Notes: generated from the sequence alone by a model not told the origin. A DNA stretch of 64,000 nt from Acidimicrobiia bacterium (GCA_029863625.1 JAOTUY010000009.1:1523-65522), one strand, 5' to 3'. Positions 10,097 to 20,470 are shown, counted from the first letter of the stretch. Made by a program: numbers and translations.

Positions 10097-11119
10097 ATGG
10101 CTGTGCGGACCGTCGACTTCTCGTACCTCTTGCCCACCGCGGTAATAGCCCAGCAACCGGTCGAGCCGCGCGATGCGGCACGATTGCTCGATACGCGTGA
10201 CATGACCGATCACACCTTCCGGGATCTGGCGGACCTTCTCGCTCCCGGTGACCTCGTCGTGGTCAACAAGACTCGGGTGAGGGCGGCGCGACTGCGCGGG
10301 ACGAAAAGTGAAAGCGGAGGCGCGGTTGAGGTGCTCCTGCTGCGCAACAACGCCGGGGCGCACTGGGAAGCTCTTATTAGACCAGGCCGGCGGATCAGGC
10401 CAGGCGTCGTTCTGGATCTCGGCGAACTGACGGCCACCGTTACCGCCGCCCTGCCAAACGCCGTGTTCGAACTCGACCTGGCCACCACAGATGGAACCTC
10501 TGTCGAGCGGACCATCGCCCGGGTGGGCGAGACGCCATTGCCGCCCTATGTCCGCGAACCCCTGACCGACCCTGAGCAATATCAGACCATCTTTGCCGAG
10601 CGGGTCGGATCGGCTGCCGCTCCGACCGCCGGTCTCCACTTCACGGATGGGGTTGTGCGCTCCCTGGCGAAACGGGGAATCGACGTTGCCGCGGTCGAGC
10701 TCGAAGTTGGACTCGACACATTTCGGCCCATGACGGTAGGTCAGATCTCCGAGCACGTTATGCACTCGGAGCGTTATTCCGTATCCGTCGGAGCTGTCGG
10801 GGCGATCGCTCGAACTCGGCAGAGTGGAGGGCGGGTCGTTGCGGTCGGGACGACCGTGGTGCGGACGCTCGAGTCAGCCTTCGACGGGAGAGAGGTTGTG
10901 CCCGGTGACGGTTCCTCCGACCTGTTCATCACCCCCGGCTACCGCTTCAGGGTCGTGGATACCCTGGTCACCAACTTCCATGTTCCCGGCTCGACTCTGG
11001 TAGTGATGATGGCCGCCTTTATGGGGTCGGAATGGCGATCCGCCTACGCCCACGCCCTCGCCCGTGGCTACAGGTTCCTGTCGTTCGGTGACGCGATGCT
11101 GACGGAGTGCAATTCGTGA
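10097..11119 (+). CDS. queA: S-adenosylmethionine:tRNA ribosyltransferase-isomerase
   Basis: IAQQP..PRD, PLPPY, YQT.FA, AAPTAGLHF, TNFH.P, YRFLSFGDAM. Confidence 0.96.
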   Translation: MAVRTVDFSYLLPTAVIAQQPVEPRDAARLLDTRDMTDHTFRDLADLLAPGDLVVVNKTRVRAARLRGTKSESGGAVEVLLLRNNAGAHWEALIRPGRRIRPGVVLDLGELTATVTAALPNAVFELDLATTDGTSVERTIARVGETPLPPYVREPLTDPEQYQTIFAERVGSAAAPTAGLHFTDGVVRSLAKRGIDVAAVELEVGLDTFRPMTVGQISEHVMHSERYSVSVGAVGAIARTRQSGGRVVAVGTTVVRTLESAFDGREVVPGDGSSDLFITPGYRFRVVDTLVTNFHVPGSTLVVMMAAFMGSEWRSAYAHALARGYRFLSFGDAMLTECNS

Positions 11120-12231
11120 CCGAACCCGTTGTACACCGCGTTGAGACAACTGATGGAAACGCCCGACTCGGGGTGCTGACCACGCCTCACGGCGAGGTCG
11201 CTACACCCAATTTCATGCCGGTCGGAACCCGGGCCGCCGTCCGGGGCCTCGACTCGAGGGACCTCGTTGAGGTCGGCACACAGATGGTGCTGGCCAATAC
11301 CTACCATCTCATGTTGCGACCGGGAGCCGAGACGATTGCGGAACTCGGTGGTTTGCACTCTTTCATGGGATGGAACGGTGCGATGCTCACCGATTCAGGT
11401 GGGTACCAGGTCTTCTCTCTAGAACCGCGAGTCGATGAGAATGCTGCGACCTTCCGATCGACCTACGACGGCGCCAGTGTGAAACTGACGCCGGAGGAGG
11501 CGGTGCGGATCCAGGAGTACCTCGGTGCCGACATTGCCATGGTCCTCGACGTGTGCATTGGTCTCCCGGCGCCCCGGCCCGAAGTTGAGGCAGCCATGGA
11601 TCGAACCCTGCGTTGGGCCGAGCGGGCGCTCACGGCTCATGAGAGGTCGGATCAGGCGCTGTTCGGCATCGTCCAGGGTGGGACCGATGACGAACTGCGA
11701 GGCCGGAGCGCAGCCGCTACTGCCACTTTGGGGTTTCCGGGCTTCGGTATCGGTGGCCTCTCCGTAGGTGAATCGGCGGAGGACAGAAACCGGGCGCTCG
11801 ACGTAGTCGTGGCGGAACTGCCTCCCGGCAAGCCCCGGTACACGATGGGATTGGGCGATTCGGAGGGTGTCCTCGACGCGGTTGCACGAGGCATTGACCT
11901 CTTCGACTGCGTATGGCCCACCCGGCTGGCGCGGCACGGGCGGGTGTTGACTCCGGACGGGGACTTCAACCTGAAGCGATCCGAGCACCGGCTTTCTGAA
12001 CTGCCTCTTCAAGCCGGCTGCCCGTGCCTGACGTGTTCGATGTACACACGGGCCTATCTTCGCCATCTGCTCACCACAGGGGAACTCAGCGTCTACCGGC
12101 TGATCAGTCTGCACAACCTGTCCTACACAATGCGGTTGATGCAGGATGTGAGATCGGCCGTCGCCGCCGGTCGGTTTGCAGAGTTCCACGCGGCAACCAT
12201 TTCCCGCAGACTTTCACCCACCGCGGAGTAG
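11116..12231 (+). CDS. tgt: Queuine tRNA-ribosyltransferase
   Basis: TPNFMPVGT, LANTYHL, TDSGGYQ, GIVQGG, FDCVWPTR, CxCxxC Zn site. Confidence 0.96.
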   Translation: MTEPVVHRVETTDGNARLGVLTTPHGEVATPNFMPVGTRAAVRGLDSRDLVEVGTQMVLANTYHLMLRPGAETIAELGGLHSFMGWNGAMLTDSGGYQVFSLEPRVDENAATFRSTYDGASVKLTPEEAVRIQEYLGADIAMVLDVCIGLPAPRPEVEAAMDRTLRWAERALTAHERSDQALFGIVQGGTDDELRGRSAAATATLGFPGFGIGGLSVGESAEDRNRALDVVVAELPPGKPRYTMGLGDSEGVLDAVARGIDLFDCVWPTRLARHGRVLTPDGDFNLKRSEHRLSELPLQAGCPCLTCSMYTRAYLRHLLTTGELSVYRLISLHNLSYTMRLMQDVRSAVAAGRFAEFHAATISRRLSPTAE

Positions 12232-12282
12232 TGGCTACCATGGCGCCCGGCCCGCGCCGCGCGGGCTGCCATTTCGAAGAGG

Positions 12283-12585
12283 GTGTTCTCCGTGATCTTT
12301 TTGCAAACCGATACGACCACCGCGAGCGGCTATTCCTCACTGATCTTTCTTGCTCTGTTGGTGGCCATGTTCTACTTCTTGTTGATTCGGCCCCAGCGGA
12401 CCCGGGCCAAGAAACAGGCCGCGATGGCCTCATCGCTCCAGATAGGGGACAGGGTGCAGACCTTTGGTGGGGTCCACGGCATCGTCGATTCCGTGGATGA
12501 CGATTCTGTCGTCCTTCGTCTCGAGGACGGCAAGATGCGTATCTCCCGACGGGCCATCGGGTCCAAGATCAGCGACGAGGACTGA
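12283..12585 (+). CDS. yajC: Preprotein translocase subunit YajC
   Basis: FYFLLIRPQR, GD.VQTFGGVHG; upstream of secDF; start uncertain. Confidence 0.9.
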   Translation: MFSVIFLQTDTTTASGYSSLIFLALLVAMFYFLLIRPQRTRAKKQAAMASSLQIGDRVQTFGGVHGIVDSVDDDSVVLRLEDGKMRISRRAIGSKISDED

Positions 12586-14151
12586 TTGGTGCGACGGCAT
12601 GTCATCACACTGCTGGTGGTACTGGCCATCGCCTGGGGAGGCGTGGCCGCAGCTCTCGCCTTCGGCATAACTCCCGTACTTGGTCTCGATCTCAAAGGGG
12701 GCACCTCGGTGACGCTGCGGGCTCCCGAGGGCACCGATCCCGAAGTGCTCCAAAAGGCCGTTGAGGTCATGCAGCGGCGGATCGAAAGCTTCGGGAGCGT
12801 CCAGGAACCAGAGATCCAGATCTCGGGTGAGAACAACGTCATCGTGCAGTTGCCGGGCGTGACCGACCGCGAGCGGGCTCTGGACGCCATCGGCCAAACG
12901 GGCGAACTGTCGTTTCGTCCGGTTCTCGAATCCAGTTTCCTCGTGAGCCCTCTGCTCATTGCGGACCTCACCGAATTGACGACAACCACCACCACGGAGG
13001 TAGGCGAGACATCGACCACCACGGAAGCGGGCGAGACAACGACGACCACCGAGCCCGCCACCACCACGACCACGACCTTCCCGCCGGGCGTTGACCCGCA
13101 AACGGGTTTGACGATCGAGGACGATCCAAGCCAGGAAGCGTGGCTTGCCGAGTACGCCGAAGACGGATCGGTGGTGGTGGTGTATCACGTTGGAGCGTCT
13201 CAACTCAGCGGGGCCGATCTCGACAGCGCCCTGGCCGGGTTCGCGGGCGGGTCCAGCTCTATTGCCCAATGGCAGGTGCAACTCGACCTTTCGAACGAAG
13301 GTGCAGACAAGTTTCAGGAGTTGACGAAAGAGGCAGCTTCTTACCAGAGCGGGGATCCTCGGCGGCAGATCGCCATTGTCCTCGACGGAGAGGTGGTCTC
13401 GGCACCGCAGGTCAACGAAGACGTCGATCCCAACATCGGTATCAGCGGTGGTTCGGCCGTTATCACTATGGGGACCGGCGACAACCAGCAACAGGAGGCG
13501 CAAGACCTGGCGGTGGTGCTCCGGTATGGCTCGCTGCCGGTGGCCTTCGAACGCGACCAGGTTCAGAATGTCTCTGCAATCCTCGGTGCCGACTCACTCA
13601 ACGCGGGTCTGGTGGCCGGCGTCGGTGGTCTGATCCTCGTTGCTCTCGCCGTTGTGTTGTACTACCGGACGCTCGGTCTGGTGACGGTGGTCGGCCTCAG
13701 TGTGTTCGGTTCCTTGCTGCTTCTGATCATTGGTGTGCTCAGCCGCTACATCGGTACGACCCTCACGCTGGCGGGCGTGACCGGCATCATCGTCTCGATC
13801 GGTATCACCGCCGACTCCTACATTGTGTTCTACGAGCGAATCAAGGAGGAGATCCGGGCCAAGCGAACGTTGAACGCGGCCGTTGAAGAAGGCTTTACCC
13901 GAGCCTTTCACACCATCCTCACTGCAGACACCGTTTCGATCCTCGCCGCCGTCCTGCTTTGGCTGCTGGCCGTCGGACCGGTGAAAGGGTTCGCCCTGAC
14001 CCTGGGAATCGCCACGTTCCTCGACATCATCGTCGCGTACTACTTCACTAAGAACGCGGTTTGGATCATGGCCCGGACCAGGCTCGGCCGCGGGGGATGG
14101 TTCAGTATCGAAGGGGCTAGTGGACGCCCGGCTAGCGAGGTCACGTCATGA
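12586..14151 (+). CDS. secD: Protein translocase subunit SecD
   Basis: LGLDLKGG, IAIVLDG.VVSAP, LRYGSLP, GITADSYIVFYERIKEE; start TTG 12586 or GTG 12589. Confidence 0.96.
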   Translation: MVRRHVITLLVVLAIAWGGVAAALAFGITPVLGLDLKGGTSVTLRAPEGTDPEVLQKAVEVMQRRIESFGSVQEPEIQISGENNVIVQLPGVTDRERALDAIGQTGELSFRPVLESSFLVSPLLIADLTELTTTTTTEVGETSTTTEAGETTTTTEPATTTTTTFPPGVDPQTGLTIEDDPSQEAWLAEYAEDGSVVVVYHVGASQLSGADLDSALAGFAGGSSSIAQWQVQLDLSNEGADKFQELTKEAASYQSGDPRRQIAIVLDGEVVSAPQVNEDVDPNIGISGGSAVITMGTGDNQQQEAQDLAVVLRYGSLPVAFERDQVQNVSAILGADSLNAGLVAGVGGLILVALAVVLYYRTLGLVTVVGLSVFGSLLLLIIGVLSRYIGTTLTLAGVTGIIVSIGITADSYIVFYERIKEEIRAKRTLNAAVEEGFTRAFHTILTADTVSILAAVLLWLLAVGPVKGFALTLGIATFLDIIVAYYFTKNAVWIMARTRLGRGGWFSIEGASGRPASEVTS

Positions 14152-15197
14152 GCTTGTTCGGTCGCCTGTATCGCGGCGAGACCTCATACGACTTCATTGG
14201 CGCCCGGCGAACCTTCCTGGTGATCTCCTCGGTGTTGCTGCTTGTTTCGGTGCTCAGCCTGGCGTTTCGGGGTCTCAACCTCAGTCTCGATTTCCGCGGC
14301 GGTGTCGCCGTGGAGACCGAGAACCCGGCCGGAGCGGGAGTGGGTGACGTGCGGGACGCCCTTGCGCCACTCGGTCTCACGGATGCCCGGATTCAGCTCC
14401 TGGCGGACGGGCAGGCCCTACGGGTTCAGACAGAGGCGCTCGAAGCCGACCGCGCCGACGCGTTCGTGCGGGCCGTGGCCGAAGTGGCCGGTACCGAAGT
14501 TACCGACACCAGCGTCGACGAAGTTGGCCCGACCTTCGGAGCGCAGATCGCCGAACGAGCGGTGTTGGCTCTGGTCGTCTTCCTGGGGGCCGTGATTCTC
14601 TTCATGTCCTGGCGGCTGGAATGGAAGATGGCGCTGAGCGGAATCGCCGCGCTGTTCCATGACCTCATCATCACCTTCGGGGTCTACTCCATCACAGGAT
14701 TCGAGGTCACTCCGGCGACGATCATCGCGGTCTTGACGATTCTCGGCTACAGCCTCTACGACACCGTGGTTGTGTTCGACAAGGTGCAAGAGAACACGGA
14801 GTCAGCCGACCGGGCGGCCTTTACAGACGTCGTCAACAGGTCGATGAATCAGGTGTTGATGCGATCCGTCAACACATCGCTGACCAGCCTGCTCCCGGTC
14901 GGAAGCTTGCTCTTCGTTGGCTCGTTCCTGCTCGGGGCGAGGACGTTACTTGAGTTCGCCCTGGCGCTCTTCGTCGGCATCGCGGCCGGTACTTACTCGT
15001 CCATTGCAGTCGCCTCGCCGTTGCTGGCCGTCTGGAAGGAACGCGAGGAGGAGTGGACCCGGGTTCGCAAGCGTCTCGCCAGAGCGTCTGAGGATGCCGT
15101 CATGTCACCCCGTCGGGAGCAGCCGACGGCTGGAACCGCCCGTCCTCGCACTGTTTCCGGCGCAACGCCGCGACCACCCAAGAAGCGGCGGCGCTAG
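14148..15197 (+). CDS. secF: Protein translocase subunit SecF
   Basis: LDFRGG, VGPTFG, HD, LTILGYSLYDTVVVFDK, RSVNTS. Confidence 0.96.
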   Translation: MSLFGRLYRGETSYDFIGARRTFLVISSVLLLVSVLSLAFRGLNLSLDFRGGVAVETENPAGAGVGDVRDALAPLGLTDARIQLLADGQALRVQTEALEADRADAFVRAVAEVAGTEVTDTSVDEVGPTFGAQIAERAVLALVVFLGAVILFMSWRLEWKMALSGIAALFHDLIITFGVYSITGFEVTPATIIAVLTILGYSLYDTVVVFDKVQENTESADRAAFTDVVNRSMNQVLMRSVNTSLTSLLPVGSLLFVGSFLLGARTLLEFALALFVGIAAGTYSSIAVASPLLAVWKEREEEWTRVRKRLARASEDAVMSPRREQPTAGTARPRTVSGATPRPPKKRRR

Positions 15198-15251
15198 GTA
15201 CCTGCAGACCCTTGGATCGTCCGGATTCCTGGGCCGATGTACAATCCTGCG

Positions 15252-15779
15252 GTGGACACACCTACCTACGCCAAGCTGGTCCGAGACGTTGTTGACTTTC
15301 CGGAACCGGGGATACTGTTCAAGGATATAACCCCGGTGCTGGCTGATCGGCAGGCGTTCACGGCCTTGATCGACGACCTGGCCGGACCGTTCGCCGGGAG
15401 AATCGACAAAGTTGCCGGGATCGAAGCTCGCGGCTTCATCCTCGCCACGCCGGTGGCCGAGTTCCTCCGGACCGGGTTCATACCTATTCGCAAGCCCGGC
15501 AAGCTTCCTTGGAGAGTGGTTCGAGAGGACTATCAGCTCGAGTACGGCCAGGATGCCCTCGAAATCCACGAAGATGCCATTGCTCCTGGCGATCGAGTGC
15601 TGGTCGTTGACGACGTGCTGGCTACCGGGGGTACGGCCGCGGCCGCCGTGCGGCTGCTGCGCCGGCTCGGCGCGGAGGTGGTTGCCGTTGCCGTGTTCCT
15701 CGAGCTGGGGTTCCTCGACGGGAGGTCGGCGCTGCCGGATGTCGAGTTTCACTCGCTGGTGAATTATGACGGCGGCTGA
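15252..15779 (+). CDS. apt: Adenine phosphoribosyltransferase
   Basis: DFPEPGILFKDITP, GIEARGF, RKPGKLP, VDDVLATGGT; GTG 15252 is 6 nt after TACAAT (leaderless), alternative start ATG 15237. Confidence 0.95.
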   Translation: MDTPTYAKLVRDVVDFPEPGILFKDITPVLADRQAFTALIDDLAGPFAGRIDKVAGIEARGFILATPVAEFLRTGFIPIRKPGKLPWRVVREDYQLEYGQDALEIHEDAIAPGDRVLVVDDVLATGGTAAAAVRLLRRLGAEVVAVAVFLELGFLDGRSALPDVEFHSLVNYDGG

Positions 15780-17961
15780 GCGGGCGGTCCGACCAGACGA
15801 CGCAATGGTCGCCGAGCTGGCGCCAATTCTGGCAGCCTTCCGCTCGCATTATCCGACCGCTTCCGAACGTACGATCCACCAGGCCTACGCCCTCGGGGAG
15901 CGCATGCATCTCGGTCAGTTCCGCAAGACCGGAGAGCCCTACATCAGTCACCCGCTGGCTGTCACCCAGATTCTGGCGGACTACGGTCTTGACGCCGATA
16001 CGCTGGCGGCGGCTCTCCTGCACGACACGGTTGAAGACACAGAGGTCACCCTCGAAGAGGTCGAAGCCGAATTTGGCCCCGAAGTTGCCCGGATGATCGA
16101 CGGTGTCACGAAACTGGATCGAATCCGCTTTGGCACCCGGGAGGAGGCGCAGGCAGCCACTATCCGCAAAATGGTCGTCGCCATGGCGCAGGACGTCCGT
16201 GTGCTGCTCATCAAGCTGGCCGACCGACTCCACAACCTCCGAACCATTGCCCCGCTCCCATCAGAGAAGCAGGAACGCATCGGTCGCGAGACCCTCGAAG
16301 TGTACGCCCCGCTGGCCCACCGGCTTGGGGTGCAGGAGATAAAGCACGAAATGGAGGACCGCTGTTTCGCGATTCTCTACCCAAAGCGGAACGCCGAAAT
16401 CAACCTGCTGCTGCAGCAACGAGCGCCTGAGCGCGACGCCCAGATACACTCGGCGGTCGAGGAAGTCGAAGGGCTGTTGCGCGGCGCGGCGATCCGGGCC
16501 GACGTGACCGGCCGACCCAAACATCGCTATTCGATCTATCGAAAAATGGTCACCACAGGGCTGCCATTCGACAAGATCCACGATCTCATCGGGATCCGGG
16601 TCATTGTCGATGACATCCGTGATTGCTATGCCGCTTTGGGGCTTATTCACGCAACGTGGCCGCCGGTCCACGGCCGCTTCAAGGACTACATTGCCATGCC
16701 CAAGTTCAACCTCTACCAGAGCTTGCACACCACCGTTATCGGGCGGGACGGCCGGCCCCTCGAGGTGCAGATACGCACCGAAGATATGCATCAACGGGCC
16801 GAATACGGCATCGCCGCCCACTGGCGGTACAAAGAGGGCATCTCCGACGAGGATCTGCCGTGGATGGCCGATCTTCGTTTCTTGCAGGATGAATACTCCG
16901 ATCCGAACGAGTTCCTGGCCAGCTTGAAACTCGACCTCTACCAGGACGAGGTGTTCGTGCTCACCCCCGACGGTGATGTGAAGACATTGCCGCGCGGTTC
17001 GACACCGGTCGATTTTGCCTACACGGTCCACACCGAAGTGGGACACCGATGTGTCGGCGCCAAAGTCAACGGTCGCCTCGTGACGCTTGGCACCCGCCTC
17101 GAATCGGGCGATATCGTCGAAATCGTGACCTCGAAAGCCCAGGATGCCGCACCGAGTCAGGACTGGCTGAGCTTCGTCAGGACGACCAGGGCCAAGGCAA
17201 AGATCCGGCAATGGTTTACCAAGGAACGTCGCGAAGTCGCACTCTCCGACGGGCGCGAGCAGATCAAGGGGGCACTCCGTAAGGAGCGTTTGGGTCTTTC
17301 GGCCGCGGCGCGGGACACCCTTCTGATGAAGGTCGGCGAACAACTCGGATTGTCGGACTTGGAGGCCATCTTCGTCGCGGTCGGCGAGGGGACCATCGGA
17401 GCGGCAACCGTAGCCGGCCGGGTAGCCCGGCTCGTCCGACCTGAGGCCACCGCTCTTGAGGACATGGTTCTGCCGGAGATCCCCCGGGAGCGGGAAACGC
17501 ATACCGGCACCGGCGTGGTTGTCGAAGGCCTTGACGACGTGTGGGTCAGGATCGCCCGATGTTGCGCACCCGTACCCGGTGACGACATTGTGGGATTCGT
17601 GACGGTGGGGCGGGGTGTGTCTGTCCATCGGTCGGATTGCACCAACGTCGAGGCGATGGCCGACCGCACCGAACGGATCATCGAGGTTGGTTGGGTACCC
17701 GAACGGGTCGGCCGCTTTTCGGTTTGGGTGCAGGTTGAGGCGCTCGATCGTCCGAAACTCCTGCGCGATGTGACTTCGCTGATCTCCGATATTGGTGGCA
17801 ACATCCTGGCTTCCTCGTCCTCGGTGGGACGCGATCTGGTTGCCATGCTCCGCTACGAAATCGAGCTGAGCGATCCCGGCCAGGTCGACAGTCTGGTGGC
17901 GTCACTGCGAGCCGTTGATTCTGTGTTCGACGCCTACCGCTTGGTGCCTCGCTCCACATAG
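15766..17961 (+). CDS. relA: Bifunctional (p)ppGpp synthetase/hydrolase (Rel)
   Basis: HD motif LLHDTVED, IKLADRLHN, RFKDYI, YQSLHTT, TGS, ZFD (CCAPVPGD) and ACT domains. Confidence 0.97.
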   Translation: MTAAERAVRPDDAMVAELAPILAAFRSHYPTASERTIHQAYALGERMHLGQFRKTGEPYISHPLAVTQILADYGLDADTLAAALLHDTVEDTEVTLEEVEAEFGPEVARMIDGVTKLDRIRFGTREEAQAATIRKMVVAMAQDVRVLLIKLADRLHNLRTIAPLPSEKQERIGRETLEVYAPLAHRLGVQEIKHEMEDRCFAILYPKRNAEINLLLQQRAPERDAQIHSAVEEVEGLLRGAAIRADVTGRPKHRYSIYRKMVTTGLPFDKIHDLIGIRVIVDDIRDCYAALGLIHATWPPVHGRFKDYIAMPKFNLYQSLHTTVIGRDGRPLEVQIRTEDMHQRAEYGIAAHWRYKEGISDEDLPWMADLRFLQDEYSDPNEFLASLKLDLYQDEVFVLTPDGDVKTLPRGSTPVDFAYTVHTEVGHRCVGAKVNGRLVTLGTRLESGDIVEIVTSKAQDAAPSQDWLSFVRTTRAKAKIRQWFTKERREVALSDGREQIKGALRKERLGLSAAARDTLLMKVGEQLGLSDLEAIFVAVGEGTIGAATVAGRVARLVRPEATALEDMVLPEIPRERETHTGTGVVVEGLDDVWVRIARCCAPVPGDDIVGFVTVGRGVSVHRSDCTNVEAMADRTERIIEVGWVPERVGRFSVWVQVEALDRPKLLRDVTSLISDIGGNILASSSSVGRDLVAMLRYEIELSDPGQVDSLVASLRAVDSVFDAYRLVPRST

Positions 17962-17970
17962 GGCAATCGG

Positions 17971-17998
17971 TCAAGCAACTCGGCCATTGATCCGATAG
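17971..17998 (+). promoter_or_regulatory. sigma28/WhiG-like promoter TCAA-N16-TCCGATAG
   Basis: Matches TAAA-N15/16-GCCGATAA type consensus; in-frame ATG 18006 is 7 nt downstream. Confidence 0.5.
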
Positions 17999-18029
17999 AT
18001 CTTGCATGCCGGCGATGCCCTCTCGACAC

Positions 18030-18047
18030 CGATTGACTAGTCAATCG
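18030..18047. promoter_or_regulatory. Perfect 18-bp palindrome CGATTGACTAGTCAATCG (putative operator)
   Basis: Self-complementary; core TGACTAGTCA recurs upstream of pilA. Confidence 0.6.
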
Positions 18048-18066
18048 AGTTCTCTTCAAATAGGCA

Positions 18067-18094
18067 TGAATTCTGGCTCTCGAAACGCCGATGT
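18067..18094 (+). promoter_or_regulatory. sigma28/WhiG-like promoter TGAA-N16-GCCGATGT
   Basis: Consensus-like with 16-nt spacer; ATG 18102 is 7 nt downstream (leaderless). Confidence 0.55.
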
Positions 18095-18101
18095 ATGGTC
18101 C

Positions 18102-19778
18102 ATGAAGAAGATCTCGGATCGCCTGCGTCGTGAAGATGGCTTCACACTGGTCGAAGCTCTCGCGGCCCTCTCGCTGCTGAGCATCGCCATCATCCTCACG
18201 GTCACCCCGGTGCTGGCCGGTTTCGGCGTGCTGAGCGATGCCAAGTTGGCCACCATCGCCTCCAACCTGGCTCAGGGACGGGTGGAGGAACTCCGCTCTC
18301 TTGACTACGAAGAGATCGGCTTCCCGCTCGGGGTGCCCGAGGGCATCCTGCAGGCCAGTGAGACGGTCACGGCGCAGAGCATCGACTTCATCGTCACAAC
18401 CGAAGTCAAGTACTTCGGCAGCGTCAATGGGCCGGGCGAAAACGTCATCCCCCAGGGCGGCGACGGCGTGGAAGGTCTGCCCGATTTAGGCATCGACTTC
18501 AAGGAAGTGACCGTTACCGTCAGCCACCATGCCGGGGCGATCCGGCCGGTCGTGATGCAAACGATCGTGGCGCCCCCCAACATCGCCGCGCACGAAGGCA
18601 AAGCAAACGTGATCGTCGAGCTGATCAAGGAAGAGCCGGCTAGCAAGACTGCCAGCCCGGTTGGGTACCCCCAGGTCTTCCTGGTCAGGGACACTTCACC
18701 CTTCATCCCCTTCGGCGGGACCTTGGCAGCCTCGCAGACCTTTGCCGGGGTGCCCGCCAGTGGGACCGGCGTAACCGACTACTACTACCACGCGCGGCTC
18801 GGAGCGACCCTCACGTCTTACGAGGCGGCCAGCGGCTGGCGGATTCATCCGATCGACATCGACATCGAGACCGACCGCGTGCACATGGGCCCAACCGAGA
18901 CCGCCACGGTACCGCTGCGAATCTACCGGCCGGCCGAGATCGAGGTCCGACTCTTCGACGATGCCACGTCCCTACCAATCACCGGCAACGCCACGCTGAT
19001 CCTCGACTATGACGGAGGCGGCTCGGCAACCTTCACCCAGGCCTCGTCGGAATGGGATGGCAGCGGTTGGCTGGTTACCGACCTCGACGGGGCGCCGGTT
19101 GTGCCCGGCACCTTCACCTTCAACGCATCCGCGTTTGGCTACTTGGCTCAGACTGATGCCGACGTGGTCGTCCCCGTCGATTACCCCCTTGACCCTCACC
19201 ATGTGCAGACATTCAACCTCGAGCCTGCATCGGGTTCCCAGGTGATCCTCACGGTGACAGATGAAGTAGGCAACCCGGTGGCGGGCGCCGACGTGACCTT
19301 CTCGGACTTCTTGCCCCTCGGTGGTTCCCCGATCACGATCCAGACCGACCTCAACGGAGTGGCCAGCTACTTCTTCGACGATTCGGTTGATGCCATCGAC
19401 TGGATCGTCGAATCCGGATTCCACGATCCCAGCGCCAAGAATCACCTCAATCTCAATGATCCGGTCGAGTATCTCAACGTCGCCCTGGATACTCCGGCCA
19501 CATCCGGTCTCATCACCTTCCACGGCAACATCGGATGGGTGCAGTACTTCCACTACCGTCCTGCCGAAGGGGCCCCCGACGACTGGATCGACGTTTACCC
19601 GAACGCATCGGGGGAGGCGTCGGTAACGGTCAACCCGGGATCGTGGGACGTAGAAAAAGTGTGCGTGAAGCTGCGCGGAAACGGGAACCCATGGACCCGC
19701 TCCTCGACGATCAACGTGGCGGCCAACGGCAACGTCTTCTGGTCGTCCTCAATCCCATCTACGTGTCCGGCGCCATGA
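18102..19778 (+). CDS. Large minor type IV pilin (PilV-like N-terminus) with beta-rich, Ig/carboxypeptidase-regulatory-like C-terminal domains
   Basis: Class III signal peptide MKKISDRLRREDG|FTLVEALAAL (E+5); VTDEVGNPVAGADVTF...QTDLNG motif; alternative start 18006. Confidence 0.8.
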   Translation: MKKISDRLRREDGFTLVEALAALSLLSIAIILTVTPVLAGFGVLSDAKLATIASNLAQGRVEELRSLDYEEIGFPLGVPEGILQASETVTAQSIDFIVTTEVKYFGSVNGPGENVIPQGGDGVEGLPDLGIDFKEVTVTVSHHAGAIRPVVMQTIVAPPNIAAHEGKANVIVELIKEEPASKTASPVGYPQVFLVRDTSPFIPFGGTLAASQTFAGVPASGTGVTDYYYHARLGATLTSYEAASGWRIHPIDIDIETDRVHMGPTETATVPLRIYRPAEIEVRLFDDATSLPITGNATLILDYDGGGSATFTQASSEWDGSGWLVTDLDGAPVVPGTFTFNASAFGYLAQTDADVVVPVDYPLDPHHVQTFNLEPASGSQVILTVTDEVGNPVAGADVTFSDFLPLGGSPITIQTDLNGVASYFFDDSVDAIDWIVESGFHDPSAKNHLNLNDPVEYLNVALDTPATSGLITFHGNIGWVQYFHYRPAEGAPDDWIDVYPNASGEASVTVNPGSWDVEKVCVKLRGNGNPWTRSSTINVAANGNVFWSSSIPSTCPAP

Positions 19779-20470
19779 TGCGCACGCTCAAACGCCTCAA
19801 CGGCGACCAGCAGGGTCTCACGCTCACCGAAATGGCGGTGACGGTGATGGTCATGGGTATTGCCCTGGCCGCACTCTCCTCGCTCCTGCTTGGCTTCTTC
19901 GGTAACGTCGGGACGCAGTTGGCCCTGAGTAACGCCGAACGCGACGTGCGACCGGTGATCCGGGAAATGGTCGTGGAGATCCGCCAGGCGGAGCCACCTT
20001 CTCAGGCCGCCACCGCCGTGCCCGTACTGGAGATGGAATGGGACAGGCTCACTTTCCACAGCGACCGCCTGCCTCTCGATGGGGTTCCCGAGAAGCACAC
20101 CTACGAATTGGTCAACTGCACCAATGGCGCTAACGGTGGAACGTGCGATTTGCAGAGGACCGTAATTCAGGCCGACGTGTCGTCGGTGCCGCCGCTGTTC
20201 ACCTACGTCGACAACACGCTGGATCGCCAGGAAATCGTACTGACATCGGTCCTGGCCGATCCGTACCTAACCATTGGGCCACTCTTCCACGGCGTGGTAT
20301 GGGTAGGGAGCCCGGCCGCGCGGACCAGCGTGACCTCATGCAATGCGGCCACACCGTGCACATTCCCGCTGGTGATCATCGACCTGCGGGTGGATCCCAG
20401 CGTCAGAGAGAACCCGGGCGACTATGAGATCCACGAAGAAGTGAGGTTGCGCAATGCGCCGGATTCGTAG
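19775..20470 (+). CDS. Minor type IV pilin (PilW-like)
   Basis: MMRTLKRLNGDQQG|LTLTEMAVTVMVMGIAL class III signal; paired Cys; C-terminal V.LRN; ATGA overlap. Confidence 0.8.
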   Translation: MMRTLKRLNGDQQGLTLTEMAVTVMVMGIALAALSSLLLGFFGNVGTQLALSNAERDVRPVIREMVVEIRQAEPPSQAATAVPVLEMEWDRLTFHSDRLPLDGVPEKHTYELVNCTNGANGGTCDLQRTVIQADVSSVPPLFTYVDNTLDRQEIVLTSVLADPYLTIGPLFHGVVWVGSPAARTSVTSCNAATPCTFPLVIIDLRVDPSVRENPGDYEIHEEVRLRNAPDS

